A stretch of 64,000 bases of DNA from Octopus vulgaris (GCA_951406725.2 OX597825.1:29760001-29824000); one strand, 5' to 3'. Shown: positions 1 to 13,557, numbered from the stretch's first letter. Translations and numbers: made by a program. Notes: generated from the sequence alone by a model not told the origin.

Positions 1-3000
1 TAATATTGAATGAAGACTAGAAGCGTGTTGTGTCCATTAGTTCAAGGCTAGAAACAAGGGTGTGGCCTAACATCAATGTGCTTATAATGCCACCAAAAAG
101 ACAGTCTTGAAATATGTGTATGTTCTCCTGTTAACTCCATAAATCTTCAAGAGTCCAATATAGATTTCTCGTAGCACTTGTGGCTGTGAGTTGCTTGCAA
201 ATAATCTTCAAGTCTTATACTTTTAATGAGTGACCTGTTCCAAAATATATTAACGTTTTCTCAATGTTTTCTCTCGCTTCATTAATTTACAGCAACCAAT
301 TTTCCTTGTCTTATTATTTGCTCTTTTACCCTCAGTTCACTACTTTCATATCAGCACAATTAATTCATGCATGACTTATAGATTTGACACTATAATAGAA
401 AAGGTCTTAACGAAACTCATGTCTGTAACAGATTCATACCAATTATTATGGATGCCACCACTGTTTCCCCTCATATTAATGAATTACTCAAACCAGCCAA
501 GATTTTATTGACTTTTGGGCTTTATCTGTGTACTAACCAGTAATCTGTACTTTACTGCTTTCTCTTGTTTAACAACAATGATAATCTTGCCATGCATACA
601 AAAGTCCATGTACGTATATGTATGTATGAATGCATGTAAATACGTGTTTGAGTGTGTGTGAGTGTGTGTTTGCATACAGCAAAGTGTTTTTATTTCAGTA
701 AATTAAGAAATCTATGGAAAAAGTTATGGTCTTAAAGGTGTAATTTGTTGCACCATTATTATTATTTCAAACAGATTTTTCTGGCAAAGTATGCCCAGGT
801 TCAAAGAGCGAAATAATGAGAAATATTTCGTGGATAAGGTTTTAATTGTTTTTCATTATGTACTTTGTATTTAATGACATCGTTCTGGCTCTCAGACGGT
901 CCTAACGAGAAGAATTGCTTGCCTTTGGTCTGATTCCAAGAAACTTTTATGTCTTTAAATTTCAATAAAACACTTAGGGGCGAAAAGTTACATAGAATAA
1001 CAATGTTCTGAGCAAACAACTATGTCAGTAAATGGAGGAATTTCTTTTGTGGGGTGATAAATTTATGTGAACGTTTCAAATATTTTGTGTTTATTAGCCT
1101 TTTTCTTTTACTTTTTATTCATGTTTGATAAATGTTTTCTGTAATTCACCTTCATAAGACATTAATATGATCACATGTGTATCTTTTTTTCTTGTTGCTC
1201 TTTCATGCATATGATATTTGCTTCATTAAATAACCTCTACATATATTCTACTTATATAGAATATATATAGCAATATTTGGATATTAGTTTAAGTTCTTTA
1301 GAAACAATAAACGAGTCAAATGAAACATAACAGCCATGGAGTTAAGGTGTTTGTTAAGGATAGCATTGTCATCAGTTTGGATCATATTTCCACAGCCACT
1401 GAGCACTTGATTAGTATTTTTTAGATGTGACTGTATTATTTTCATTGTAGAAGATAGAACTGTGTTGTAATTAAGGACTTTATTTTAAAGACAATAGAAT
1501 GACAGTTGATCATATAATTGTTACATTAAGCAGGCCAAGTTATAACATAAAGGTTCAAGTATCCTTATGTGTCAGTTTAAACACTATAGTTTCATGATTG
1601 TTCTCTTAGCTTTCTAGTGAAAATGTGATTGAGTTTTAAATGAAAGAATCTAAGGCTACTGAATATGTGAATAATTCAATTGCTTGAATTATATATTAAA
1701 TTAAATATTATTACTCCCTTCTTCCAAAAGGTGTGGCAGAAATTGTCAATCTTTCTTCATTCTATTGGATATTACAAGGTAAGTAATGAGTTATTGTAAC
1801 AGAGGAAAAATGCCTAAGTTAATAATACTTCACCAAATGTTCATTCCCTATCTACATTGTTATATCTTTCCTTTCTAATACTAAATTAGCAAAAGTTAAT
1901 TAAAATAGCAATGCTACTTTTATCACACAGATAAGAACTATGTCTGCAGATGAAACTTAAGGAAAAATTTTTAGTTTTATTTTTTGCTAACCAGTCTAAA
2001 TTATCGGAATTGCTTTGCACATACTACAGCAGTTAAAGAACAGAATCAGATCTAAAAGAAATTTAAGAGAGTAATATATCATCTCGCCATATTAGAGACA
2101 AGTCTCAGTGATCAGAGATCGTTAAAAATTATTGGCATCATATTAATTTAGATTAGTTCTTTTCAATTGATTAAATCCTTTTCTTGTCTAGCTCTAGGTT
2201 TCAAAAATAATCCTGGGTTACATCTGTGACTACTGTTAACCAATAAGTTAGCGTTAACATTTAGCCACAGCGAAGAGAAAGCTGTCTATAAATATGGCAA
2301 CTGAGATCAATAAAAGCACTTGTGTTACACCATAAAAACAAACTAACAGTATAATCAGTCAAAAGACAAGATAATACTAAGGAGCATCTCTTGGGGGGAA
2401 AGAAGCAATCTTAGAATCTGCTGATTTAATTCTTCGGAATCTGGTCATTTTCAAAATAAATGAATACATAAAAAAATAAAATAAACTTATAAATAAAAGA
2501 AATGAATATTAGAGAAAAGAGAGAACAAAATCTAAATGACAACCACTTGTAATTTAGCAGACATGATGAATATCGTGCACACATCTAATTCATCAGGTTT
2601 TCTCTTGCATTAGTTGCATTCAATTTTTTCCTCTCTGATAATTGATGGTAATGCTTAGTTAAAACAATCGACACATCTCAATCACAGCTTCTTTTTGCCA
2701 TATTCGCAAAAAGAACAAAAATAAGAAAGAGATTATTTTTAACTCTGCAAGGCCTAACTGCAGCAAAAATAAGGCTTTTGGAGATCTAATAGAATATCTT
2801 GTAAGGAATGAGAACCAGGATTACTGAGTCAATAGTGTTTTCGACTGAGTACACATCACAACATTCGACTGCTGCTGTTGTGTTACAGCACTGTACCATG
2901 TTCTTGTTTAAGACTCTTAACAAGTCAGTTTTCTATGCTGAGTTGGTGTCACTGAGTGATGAAGCTCAAAGCTGTTGCTGACAGCAAATTAGAATTGATG

Positions 3001-3272
3001 TTTCATGAATCTGTAGTTCTGAGTCTGAGTTCACATTTTTTTTTTTTCAATAAGTGTGATGCTGGAACTGAAAAATTCTCTATACATATTTCTTGATGAA
3101 AATTAGTTTTATGCATAATCAAATGAAATTAGAGTTGAAACATCTTTACTACATGATCATAAGTAAATGTTTCGTAAAATCTGTTTTGTTTGATATTCGA
3201 CTTTAGTTGGATAGTCCTGGACATGTTAAATATATGCACTTATAAATCTATAGATAAATACTGTTTAACAGT

Positions 3273-3688
3273 GCTTTCTACTATAGGCACAAGGCCTGAA
3301 ATGTAGGGTGAAGGGGCAAGTTGATTACACTAACCCCAGTACTCAACAGGTAGTTAATTTATCGACCCTGAAAGGATGAAAGTTAAAGGTGACCTTGGCG
3401 GAATTTTTTTACTCAGAACGTAGCAGCAGATGAAATACTGCTAAGCGTTTCGCCTGGTGTGCTAATGATTCTTATTAGCTGAACATAGAGGGGACATACA
3501 AGGACATTAAGTCGATTACCCTAGTGTGTAACTGGTACTTAATTTATCGACCCCGAAAGGATAAAAGGTGGAATTTGAACTCAGAATGTAACAGCAGATG
3601 AAATACTGCTATGCATTTCGCCCGGCGTGCTAACGTTTTTGCCAGCTCGCTGCCTTGTGTGCTAATGATTCTGCCAGCTCGCCACCTT
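3273..3688 (-). mobile_element. tRNA-derived SINE family A (tail type A1), interrupted by a second copy
   Basis: Body ATCGACCCTGAAAGGATGAAAG...GCCAGCTCGCCACCTT recurs about 10 times in the window; TSD TACTGTTTAAYAGT at 3259-3272 and 3689-3702. Confidence 0.9.
3473..3656 (-). mobile_element. SINE family A (tail type A2) nested in the A1 copy
   Basis: Perfect 16-bp TSD GTGTGCTAATGATTCT at 3457-3472 and 3657-3672; tail AACATAGAGGGGACA shared with copies at 25046 and 37395. Confidence 0.9.
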
Positions 3689-4861
3689 TACTGTTTAATA
3701 GTAGTTGTAAATGAATATTTTAAGTAAATGTTTAGACATGATAAAAATCAAAGGCATTAATAAGAAAATGTTATTTACTCAGGTTTCTTTAATAAATTAA
3801 GTCCTATAACTCTTGGAATAATTTTACCTTTATTTTGTGGATGGATCCTGAAGAGAATTTGGCTCTTATATAATTGACATGCCTGTAAATAATGTGACAG
3901 TCTATTTCCTCTTTAAGTTATAGCCATACTTCAGGTTAGACTTCATACTGCAATCTAACATGCTGACTGTCAGTCATACAGTATTGTAAACCCAAAGGCA
4001 TGTATCAATGCGTTTACTGATAGATAAATTAGTCAACATGTTCGTCTATATTCACTACAGAGGGACATACATGTAACACAAGCCATCAAACTTCAAGCCA
4101 CCCATTCATCTTCGTAATAACTCTACTAGTTGTATGACTGTCTTATCCAGATGATAGCTACAATAATTCTCTCTGTGTAATGTAATCTGCATTCATTTTC
4201 TATTCACCATGATTCACATCCATATTTTCTCCCAATACCCACAATTCTCCTCTGTAAAAGGGACATTGGAATACCACGTTTGATAATTACTGTGTGTGTG
4301 TGTGTGTATTCCCCAGATGTGATTCCTTCCTTCACTCTGTGTATATAAACCTCTATTTTCTATTGTGTAAATGTCACTTTTTATTATCGATCCAGTTGTC
4401 ACTGTTCCTCTTGTTATTGTTGTCGTTGTGGTTGCTGTACCCACCTTTAATGTTAATATGTCTATTGCTTCTGTTTCCTCTCTCTCTCTCCCCTCTCTCT
4501 CTCCTCTCTTTCTCTCATGTCATTTCCTCCTCCCCTTCACTCATATCCTTCACTATGTGATCTTCCACACTATATTTCATATTCCATTGAAAATGTTCTT
4601 GTTTTTGGTTTTTTCCTTGTTTTTCTTTTCTTTCAAGCAGTTATTTTCTGTTGTAAATATATTACATTCATACATTCTTCCTCTACAGCTGTTGACTCTA
4701 CCCCCGTTTCTGTGTACACCTTGATTTTCTGCTGTGTATAAATGTCACCTTTCATTGATCAACTTGTCATTCTCTCCACCCCCTCTCTCTCTCTCTCCCT
4801 CATATATGTCTTGTTTCTCTATTTCATGGCTTATTCCAATTGTTTATTTCATTGTCTGTCA

Positions 4862-4897
<36 letters not shown>

Positions 4898-5585
4898 TTT
4901 CTCTCTCTCCCTCTTATTATATCATCTAAAGCATATTTCATGCTGTGTTTGAAATGTTTGTATATTCATTATTGTAACATCATTATCATTCTTAATGTTG
5001 TTGTTGTTGGTTGTTGCTTTTTATGTTTGTTGTTGTGGTTGTTTTGATATTTGGATGTTTTTCTTTATGTTTTTGTACTTTTTGTGTTTTTCATAAATAT
5101 TATTTCAACTTATTTTCTACCATAAATACAAGTTCCATATCTATTATTCATTTTAAACATTATTAAAGTAATCCTTCTTTTAATGAGACCACATCATATA
5201 TATATATTGATGCGCATTTGAAAATCGCAACCATGTTAACCAACCAATTTTCATCTTAAAACAAATTGGAAAATATCTTGACTCAAAGTTTTGTTATGTA
5301 AATATTTGTTACATCCAACTTCCTGTATGGATTATGTAACTTTTGTAAAAATTGTCTGTTTTGTTATTGTTTTTAATGTTATTTTGATTTACCCAGTGAT
5401 TTGTTACATGTAAGAATGTCTTTGCCGTTTCATTTATTGTCATGTTACGTTATGTTATGTTCTCTTCTGTTCATAAATGAATTGTTCCTTTATTCCTTAC
5501 ATCCAATTTGATTCTGTTTATGTCTGCTATTGTTAGCATACATATACACACACACATATTCAAACTTACATACACATTCTCTCTC

Positions 5586-5622
<37 letters not shown>

Positions 5623-5699
5623 GCTAGATTCATTATTGCCATATTGTATGTTTTGAGGATATGTGTGGCAAACATGCATGCATATGTTTGCGTAAATTA

Positions 5700-5721
5700 T
5701 GCACATACATACACACACACA

Positions 5722-5755
<34 letters not shown>

Positions 5756-5773
5756 TGTATGTATGTATATATG

Positions 5774-5807
<34 letters not shown>

Positions 5808-5832
5808 TATATACACTCACACACACGTGTAT

Positions 5833-5865
<33 letters not shown>

Positions 5866-6080
5866 GTTTAACGTGATGATGATATACATGTGTGTGTGAG
5901 TGTATATATATATATATACATATATATATATGTATATGTATATATATATGGGTGTATATATATGTATATGTATGTATATACACGCTCAAACACACACACA
6001 TATATATACACTCAAACACATACACACACATACACACACACACACACACACAAGCAAACACACACATTTACGTACACATA
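5700..6080. repeat. Compound (TA)n/(CAT)n/(CA)n microsatellite containing an inverted repeat
   Basis: Direct reading; arms flank CGTTTAACG at 5865-5873. Confidence 0.9.
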
Positions 6081-6894
6081 TATCATGCATGCATTCATAC
6101 ACACACTGATGATGTTGATGTGTGTTTTATCTTTATCGAAGCAGTTTTTATAGCTTATAGCTATATGTCTCTCTCTCTCTCTTTCTCTTCTTTATAACAA
6201 CAATATTATAAATATCTATCATTTGCTCTTGTATCCATTCTGGTGGAATGGTTTTTATTATACAATTCTCTTACTTCCGCTATAGGCAGCAGCCACAATA
6301 TATGGTGACAATTTGTTGATTTTTAGAACCTTGTTTATTCCTTTCTGCATAAAGGTCACAAATAAAAGTAGTTTGCTTACATCTTTGTACATTCAGCTCA
6401 AAGTATGAGGTACTACCTCTTTAATCTTTTCTAAAGACAAATAGAAATGGTGGTGGTGGGGGGGGGGCGGGCGGGCAGAGATAGGAATATCTTTGGGGTA
6501 TGTTAGACTTTTCTATACGTCACTTTTTTTTTTTTTTGGCAACATTCAAACTACAGTTATAAATATTTTCTTGCTTTATTCTTTCCATTTCGTTGTCGTT
6601 GTTGTTGTCACTATCATCATCATCATCATCATCAACATCATCATCATTATTGTTGTTGTCGTTATTATTTCTGTACTTTGTAGTTCTGAAATATATATAA
6701 ATCAAAATATTTATGAATGTTTCTTCTCAATAAAATAAGAAAGTAGAATTCTTCAGCTCTACCAATGAAACTGTCAAAATTATTATAGTCTCTCTTCTAA
6801 ACATCATCTTCGTCATAACTTTTGAGTCACAGCTCCCAATATGTTTTATGGAGACAGTGAAATGCATTTAAATGCAACTTGTGTAAACATCTTT

Positions 6895-6936
6895 TGAATA
6901 AGTGTCATTGAATAAGTGTCATTGAATAAGTGTCAT
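6895..6936. repeat. 14-bp tandem repeat x3
   Basis: TGAATAAGTGTCAT three perfect copies. Confidence 0.95.
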
Positions 6937-7140
6937 CACTATCCAGTCAGTAAAATTACTATTGTCACATAATCTAAATTACTTTTTAGGGTACATACAC
7001 ATTAGGAAGAGTCTAAATAATAACATACCTATTCATCTGTGTTTTTACTACGTTGCATGTCTCCTTGGTGAAATTTACCCTGATGGACCAACAAATCTGA
7101 TAAGAGCACAAGCTTTGTTGATAGGAATTGGCAAACAGAT

Positions 7141-7605
7141 TCATGGCCGTTGCCAGTCTCCCCTGGCACCTGTGCTGGTAGCACGTAAAAAGCACCATCT
7201 GTACGTGGCCGATGCCAGTCCCACCTTGACTGGCTTCCATGCCGGTGGCACCTAAAAAGCACCAACCGTTCGGGGCCGTTGCCAGCCTACCCTGGCACGT
7301 AAAAAGCACCCTCCGTACATGGCCGATACCAGCGTCACCTTGACTGGATTCCATGTTGGTGGCACGTAATAACCACCAACCGATCATGGACGTTGTCAGC
7401 CACTCCTGGCACCTGTGCAGGTGGCACGTAAAAAGCACCCACTACACTCTTGGAGTGGTTGGCGTTAGGAAGGGCATCCAGCTGTAGAAACACTGCCAGA
7501 TCAGACTGGAGCCTGGTGCAGCCTGCTGGCTTCCCAGACCCCGGTTAAACCGTCCAATCCATGCTAGGATGGAAAATAGACGTTAAACGATGATGATGAT
7601 GATGA
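7141..7605 (+). mobile_element. RTE-clade LINE 3' end or derivative with internal tandem repeats and (ATG)n tail
   Basis: Ends GACGTTAAACGATGATGATG; the same 3' end is joined to RT-encoding sequence at 39700-40645; about five GGCACGTAAAAAGCACC-containing units. Confidence 0.8.
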
Positions 7606-7663
7606 ATGTTGGAGTCAGCCAAACAGATAATAATTTATGGGGTACATACATAGAACAGCGTGC

Positions 7664-7711
7664 TTCGACTGAGGAGACCCACAATGAGGTAGAAACATTT
7701 CAGTGTCTGAA
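7664..7711 (+). ncRNA. Type I hammerhead ribozyme-like motif (slightly decayed)
   Basis: UUC(G)A-CUGAGGA-GACC(cacaauga)GGUA-GAAA-CAU(uuca)GUG-UC|UGAA. Confidence 0.55.
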
Positions 7712-7834
7712 ACTCCTCTACACTAACCCAAGACATATCAATGCCTTCAAAGAGAGAATTTGGAAATGGAAGCTGTAGGATGTCCATTGTGTATGTGTGT
7801 ATTATGTCTGCATGCATCTATACATGTGCATATG

Positions 7835-7867
<33 letters not shown>

Positions 7868-10800
7868 ATATTGACTGTTCATGGCTTTGCTTGTGATTGT
7901 TAGCAATTGTTTGTTGACGTTATGATTGGTTGCTCAACTCTTTCAAACACCAGAGAAATAAAAAAAAATTTTAAAAAAGCAAAGTCCCTTTCTTGAAAAT
8001 CTGATAAGATGGAAACAGGAAGATCATGCAACTATAAATAGGTTCCCATCTTACCGACGCTAGTATGCGAAAAACAGATGACAAATGCTAAAAAAATAAA
8101 TAAATAATTAAAGTCCCCATAAATATATATTTCTGAGATTCAAACATTTTAGAAGATTCAAGAATTTTGGAAAAATCCAAATGAGAAAATGATGTTAATG
8201 ACATTCAGAAGAGCATCAGAGTTGCATAGTTCATACTCTAGTCTGTAAATGAAATCTTAACATAAAAACTACCTCCATTCTACTCCACTAACACAGATCT
8301 TGCTTAGCCTGTTCTGTTCTATTGTAAATTTGAAGCTTTTATTAAAATCTCGATATTATATAAAACTCAATCTTTTTAACATTTTAAGGAAATTTTCCTC
8401 AACACTTAGTTATGAAAGTAAGAATTAATTACTGCTTTGAAAAGGAATTTCTATTTTATAATTAATTTACAAATTAATTAGAATATTTTTGTCTGCAATC
8501 AACACTCCTGCAATTTGATAAAACTCTCATAACTTTACAAATTCAAATGAAAAATTAAAAAAGAAATAAAAATTAATTATAAACAACTAATTCTCATTTA
8601 AAATCAAAAATAACTGCAATAACAATCACAGAAAATGTTGAAATTGTCAAACTTTCAAGTGCAGAACTGACATATTTTGTATTATTTCATTTAGAAATTA
8701 TAGTAGTACTAGAGACGAATAGGCAGCTAGTAGTAAATGTAATGAACAGTGAAGAAATTATTTTCCTTATGGCATAGCATTCTTCATGTGGTAGAGACAG
8801 AAATATTCTCTCTTCCTATGAATTTAAATTTTAAAATCTTCTAAAAGTAAATGTCATTAATTACTTTGAATGTTAATTGTCAGATAAAAAAGAAAAATAA
8901 ATTTTTAAAAAAAGACTAAATAAATAAAAAAAAATATCCAGCCCCTATTGAAAGTTAGTAGTAATTTCCTCTAACTATTAATTCTGTCACGAAACTGATC
9001 TTTAAATATTTCAAATTTTTCTTGAGTTGGAATTTTGGTTGCTTTGCTTTCATTTCTTCACTTGGTTAATTCACATATTTATGTTGAAGATTTATGAAGA
9101 ATTGCTTCAGCGTTTTAGATAGAACATTCTATATCATTTCTTGTTATTAATAACAATTGCTATTGTTCTCTGGCAGACTTTACAAATAGATGCTCATATG
9201 GGTGTGAATGTTTCAGCAAATTGCTGGATTAGATACTGAAATAGACTTTTAAATACTTATATGGTTGACAGCAATGGTTCTTATCCAGACTGGAAGTTGC
9301 CCTTTTAGGGACACTGTGAGTTTATAAGGAAGTAATTTTTGTTAAGGGGTGTTTTTTTATAGATATAAAAATTTTAAACATAGGTGCAGGAAGGGCTGTG
9401 TGGTAAGAAGCTTTCTTCCCAATCACATGGTTTACTTTTTGGTTTTATTTTTGCTCCATCCTGATAGCTATTGAACATCTATCAGCAAGCAAGCTTCTTC
9501 TATATGTCTACTCAATCTACTAGAAATAGCAACCAAATCTCTCTAGTACGAAACCCTGCTGATGAAAAGAAAGTACAAATTGGATGATGAATTCTCCACT
9601 CACTTTCGACATATGAGACCCCAACTGTTTGCTCAACTGAATGACTTGAAATGACTGAGAAGTCCATTAAAGACATGTGTATCCTAGGTGCACAGTATAA
9701 CAAGGGCAAACCTTTGAATTGCAGATATCATCCAACCAATGGGTTTCTACTCTGTTTCTATCAAACCAATTTCATTTACAATATTTGTGACCAGCTCTGG
9801 CTGTGATAAAGACACTTGCCCAAGGTGCCCCACTGTGGAATCAAACCTGAGACATTGTAGTCGTGAGTGAAATTTTTAACCCTCCAGTCATGGTTGCAAC
9901 CACACTGTTTAGATAATGTAGTCCTGTGTATACTAAGTCTAAATAAAAGATAAGTTAGTTATGGTTATGACTGAAATGCCTTTGATCACAAGTTTATTCA
10001 ATCGCTGTTGACCTAGGGTTAATCAACAATAACAATATTAATCAAATAAGAATTATTAAGATAACCAAGTTCAAATTTTATGTGTGTATGTGTGTGAGAG
10101 TGTATGTGTCTGCAACCTATATTTTTTTTCTTTAAATATCTTTTAATAATAAAGAACCAATATATAAATTAAAAAAAAACAAAACCATACCACTAACTGG
10201 GTGAAGTTATATATTGTTACATATTGATCATTAGGAAAATCTTGCTTAATTTTACTGTCTTTTAATTGCCTTTTTTGTTTTTCATTTGAAAAATCCAAAC
10301 TTCGAAAGTCTGTGAATTAAACATTTGGTAAGATAACCTCCCGCACCATTTATTTATTAGGTACAAAGATTAACGAGGTTAATCTATTAAACTCTTTTTA
10401 GTTTTATTTCCTCTTCGTTTGATAAGAATGAGAAAGCATTATCTATCATCCAAGACAAGAGTTATGATGATGCTATGGAAAGAATAATAGTGATTCCCTT
10501 GTTTTTCGTTTTTTTGGTGGTGGAATCTAGCTTTCTTGTTTACTTTCTTTATCTTTTTCATTTTTTTCCTGATTTTTGTTATAATTTTATAAACACTTTT
10601 AAGTTGATGGATTTCAGCCATTGTAAAGTAACAGGTTAATGCTGGAAGACAGCATTAATCATTGATCAGATGTTTCAAGACAGCATTAATCAGATATATA
10701 ATGTTACTGTCATGTTGTTGTTTAGTCCCAGGTCAAACCCAAATGATAGAACTTATGTTCAATGGTATTCTAGCCATGATCACTCAATCTATATGTACAA

Positions 10801-11019
10801 TAAGGATTTATATATAATCTACTCTTCCTTTTTTTAAAAAAATGGTATTAGTTAAGAGGAATTTTGTTGCTATTTCTAGCAATTAGAGTGACCATATAGA
10901 AGTACTTTGTTCGGTGGAGTGCCTTTTGTAGAAAATGTTGAGAATCAGCCTATGACTTATATCTGTTTCCAGATGGTAAAGTAAGTCATAGTATCACCAT
11001 ATTATATGACTGAACTTCT

Positions 11020-12195
11020 ATTTGTCTTCATTCATATGCATCACATGTCCAAACTAACGTAGGCAACATCTGATTCCTCTTATGCCTAAATTTTCTCTCA
11101 ATGCATTTGCACCTTGTTGTACATACATCCTGATGTTGCATATTTATTGGAACATACTAGTTTCATTCCTCTTTGGTATGTACATGTCTTCTGCATTCAA
11201 AACCCATGTCACACTACCATAGAGTTTAGCTGTTCATACACAAACATCATACAATCTTCCTTTCACTCTGAGAGTCTTTTTGTTGCCAACAGAGGCAACA
11301 GCACTCTGAACTTCCTCCATCCTATTCTAATTCTTGCAACAATACTTTCAGAACATTCAACACCACTGCCAATCTGGTCACCTGAGTAACAGAAACTGTC
11401 AACAACTTCAAAAGAGTATTTTGGGCATTTCAAAGGGTCTAATTCCCAAACATTCTTAATGTTTATTTTTCTTGTGCATCTGCCATATAAGAAGACAACG
11501 TTTTCTGTTAACCTGTCTCTGATTCTACTGCATCTCTTATGTGTCCATAGTTTGCACTAAGTGCAACAAATTAGAATTTCTTCCAAAACCTTTCCTACAT
11601 ATTGAGCCGAGACAGAAAGACAACCTTATCTCCTTTCTTGCTAACAACATCTTTGGTCTTTGTTACATTATCTTTAAAGCCCTTTGATTCCAGGTTTTGC
11701 TTCTATACCTGGAATTTCTTCTCCAGTTCTGCTACAGATTTTGTTATAAAAGTGAGGCATCAGCATATAGCATTTCTTTTGGGCAACTAATTTTAAATTC
11801 CTCTGTTATGACCTGGAGGACTATGATGACTAAGAGTGGACTAAGAACTGAGCCCTGGTGAACCCCCACTTGTACACTAAATTCATCACTGTACTTGTGG
11901 TCAACTTTCACTCAACCAACACCACCACTGCACATGGCTTGTACAGCTCTAGCAAGTCATTCAGCTACTCCTAACTTCCTTAGGGGCCACCAGATAACAG
12001 AGTGAAAGAATCTGTCAAAAGCTTTGTCCAGTTCGATGAAAGCCAAGTACAATGGCTAAATACTTTTTCTGTAGCTATCACAATATAAAGCTGGCATCTG
12101 TGGTACTCTTACCAGGTAAAGACCAAATTACAACTCATCTAGTTTAGTTCTATTTCTAATCAATTGAGCTACAACTTCCTCTGTAACTTTCATGA
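11020..12195 (-). mobile_element. Degenerate RTE-clade LINE reverse transcriptase fragment
   Basis: Minus-strand translation gives PLYLAFIELDKAFDR (~12010-12055) and VQVGVHQGSVLSPLL...CPKEMLYAD (~11760-11875); 11040-11410 is homologous to 40255-40645; stops and frameshifts present. Confidence 0.9.
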
Positions 12196-12198
12196 TCT

Positions 12199-12270
<72 letters not shown>

Positions 12271-12960
12271 ACATACTTACGTGCATACATGCATACATAC
12301 ATATATTATATACAATATATATATATATATATATGCATGTACACACACACATATGTATACATATATTCTGAAGCAAAAATTCTCCTTGGGGATAGTATTT
12401 TGAGCTTTCATGAATCACCTTGTTGGTACTTAAAAATTCACATGTATCATAAATTGTTAATTGATATCTTTTAATTACTTATAGGTACTGATTAAATTAA
12501 TTTCTACGTCATAATATATTTCACACACAATCTACTAATATGATTTTGTTGCACTAGTGAGTGTTGACATGGTATTAATTATATTCTTTTGTAAGTAAAT
12601 ATGCTATTATAAATGAGATTTTCAGTTAATATAAGTCTTTTATTAATGACTAATATTCTAAATTCATGTATGTAGTCCTAATTAAAGGATACGGTAACAA
12701 CATATAATTGTTGATAAATGAATACATTCTATTTATAGCATTCTTCTCATGAAAATCAATTATTAATTAAACTATCTACTTTCTATTTATTGGGTAAATG
12801 ATAAATAGTAGCTTACTTATTATTAAGACTAATCTTCACTCACTTTGAGAGTTAAAGACTTAGCAGTTACATGAAAAAGCTAATAATGAACAAAATATAA
12901 ACAGAGTAATTTACCAAAGATAGAATCCATCATAAGATTATCAATTAATATATTTTAATT

Positions 12961-13177
12961 TAAAAGGTGGTGAGGTGGCAGAAACATTAGCACGCCAGAT
13001 GAAATTCTTAGCGGTATTTCATCTGTGCTTATGTTTTGAGTTCAAATTCTGCCGAGGTCGACTTTAACTTTCATCCATCCAGGGTCGATAAATTAAGTAC
13101 CAGCTGTGTACTGGAGTTGATCTAATTGACTGCCCCCCTCACCCCAAATTTCAGGCCTTGTGTCTAAAGTAGAAAAG
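12961..13177 (+). mobile_element. SINE family A (A1)
   Basis: Head AAGGTGGTGAGGTGGCAGAAAC, B-box-like GAGTTCAAATTC; TSD AATATATTTTAATT at 12947-12960 and 13178-13191. Confidence 0.9.
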
Positions 13178-13194
13178 AATATATTTTAATTAAA

Positions 13195-13557
13195 ACTTGT
13201 TTCAGTCACAAGACTGTAGATATGCAGGGTCACCACCTTGAAGAATTTTTAGCTAATAGAATCAATCCCAGGGCCTATTTTTTAAAATTCTGGTACTTAT
13301 TCTATCGGTCTTTTTTGCTGAACCACCAAGTGACAAGGATGCAGGCATACCAACACCAGCTGTCAGACAGTAATGGGGGACAAACACAGGCATATATGGC
13401 AGGCTTCTTTCAGTTTCTGTCTACCAAATCCACTTAGAAGCCTTTGATCAGCCCAAGGTAATAGAAGAATGCTTTTGCTCAAGGTGCTATGCAGTGGAAA
13501 TGAACCCAGAACCATGTAGTTGGGAAGCAAGCATCTCACTGCACAGCCATTCCTGCA
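13195..13557 (-). mobile_element. SINE family B (diverged)
   Basis: Similar to copies at 35786, 44663, 49064. Confidence 0.8.

Noticed and set aside
7141-7440. Repeat-spacer pattern resembling a CRISPR array
   Set aside because: Spacers are related to each other, the array is part of a retroelement 3' region, the context is eukaryotic and there are no cas genes
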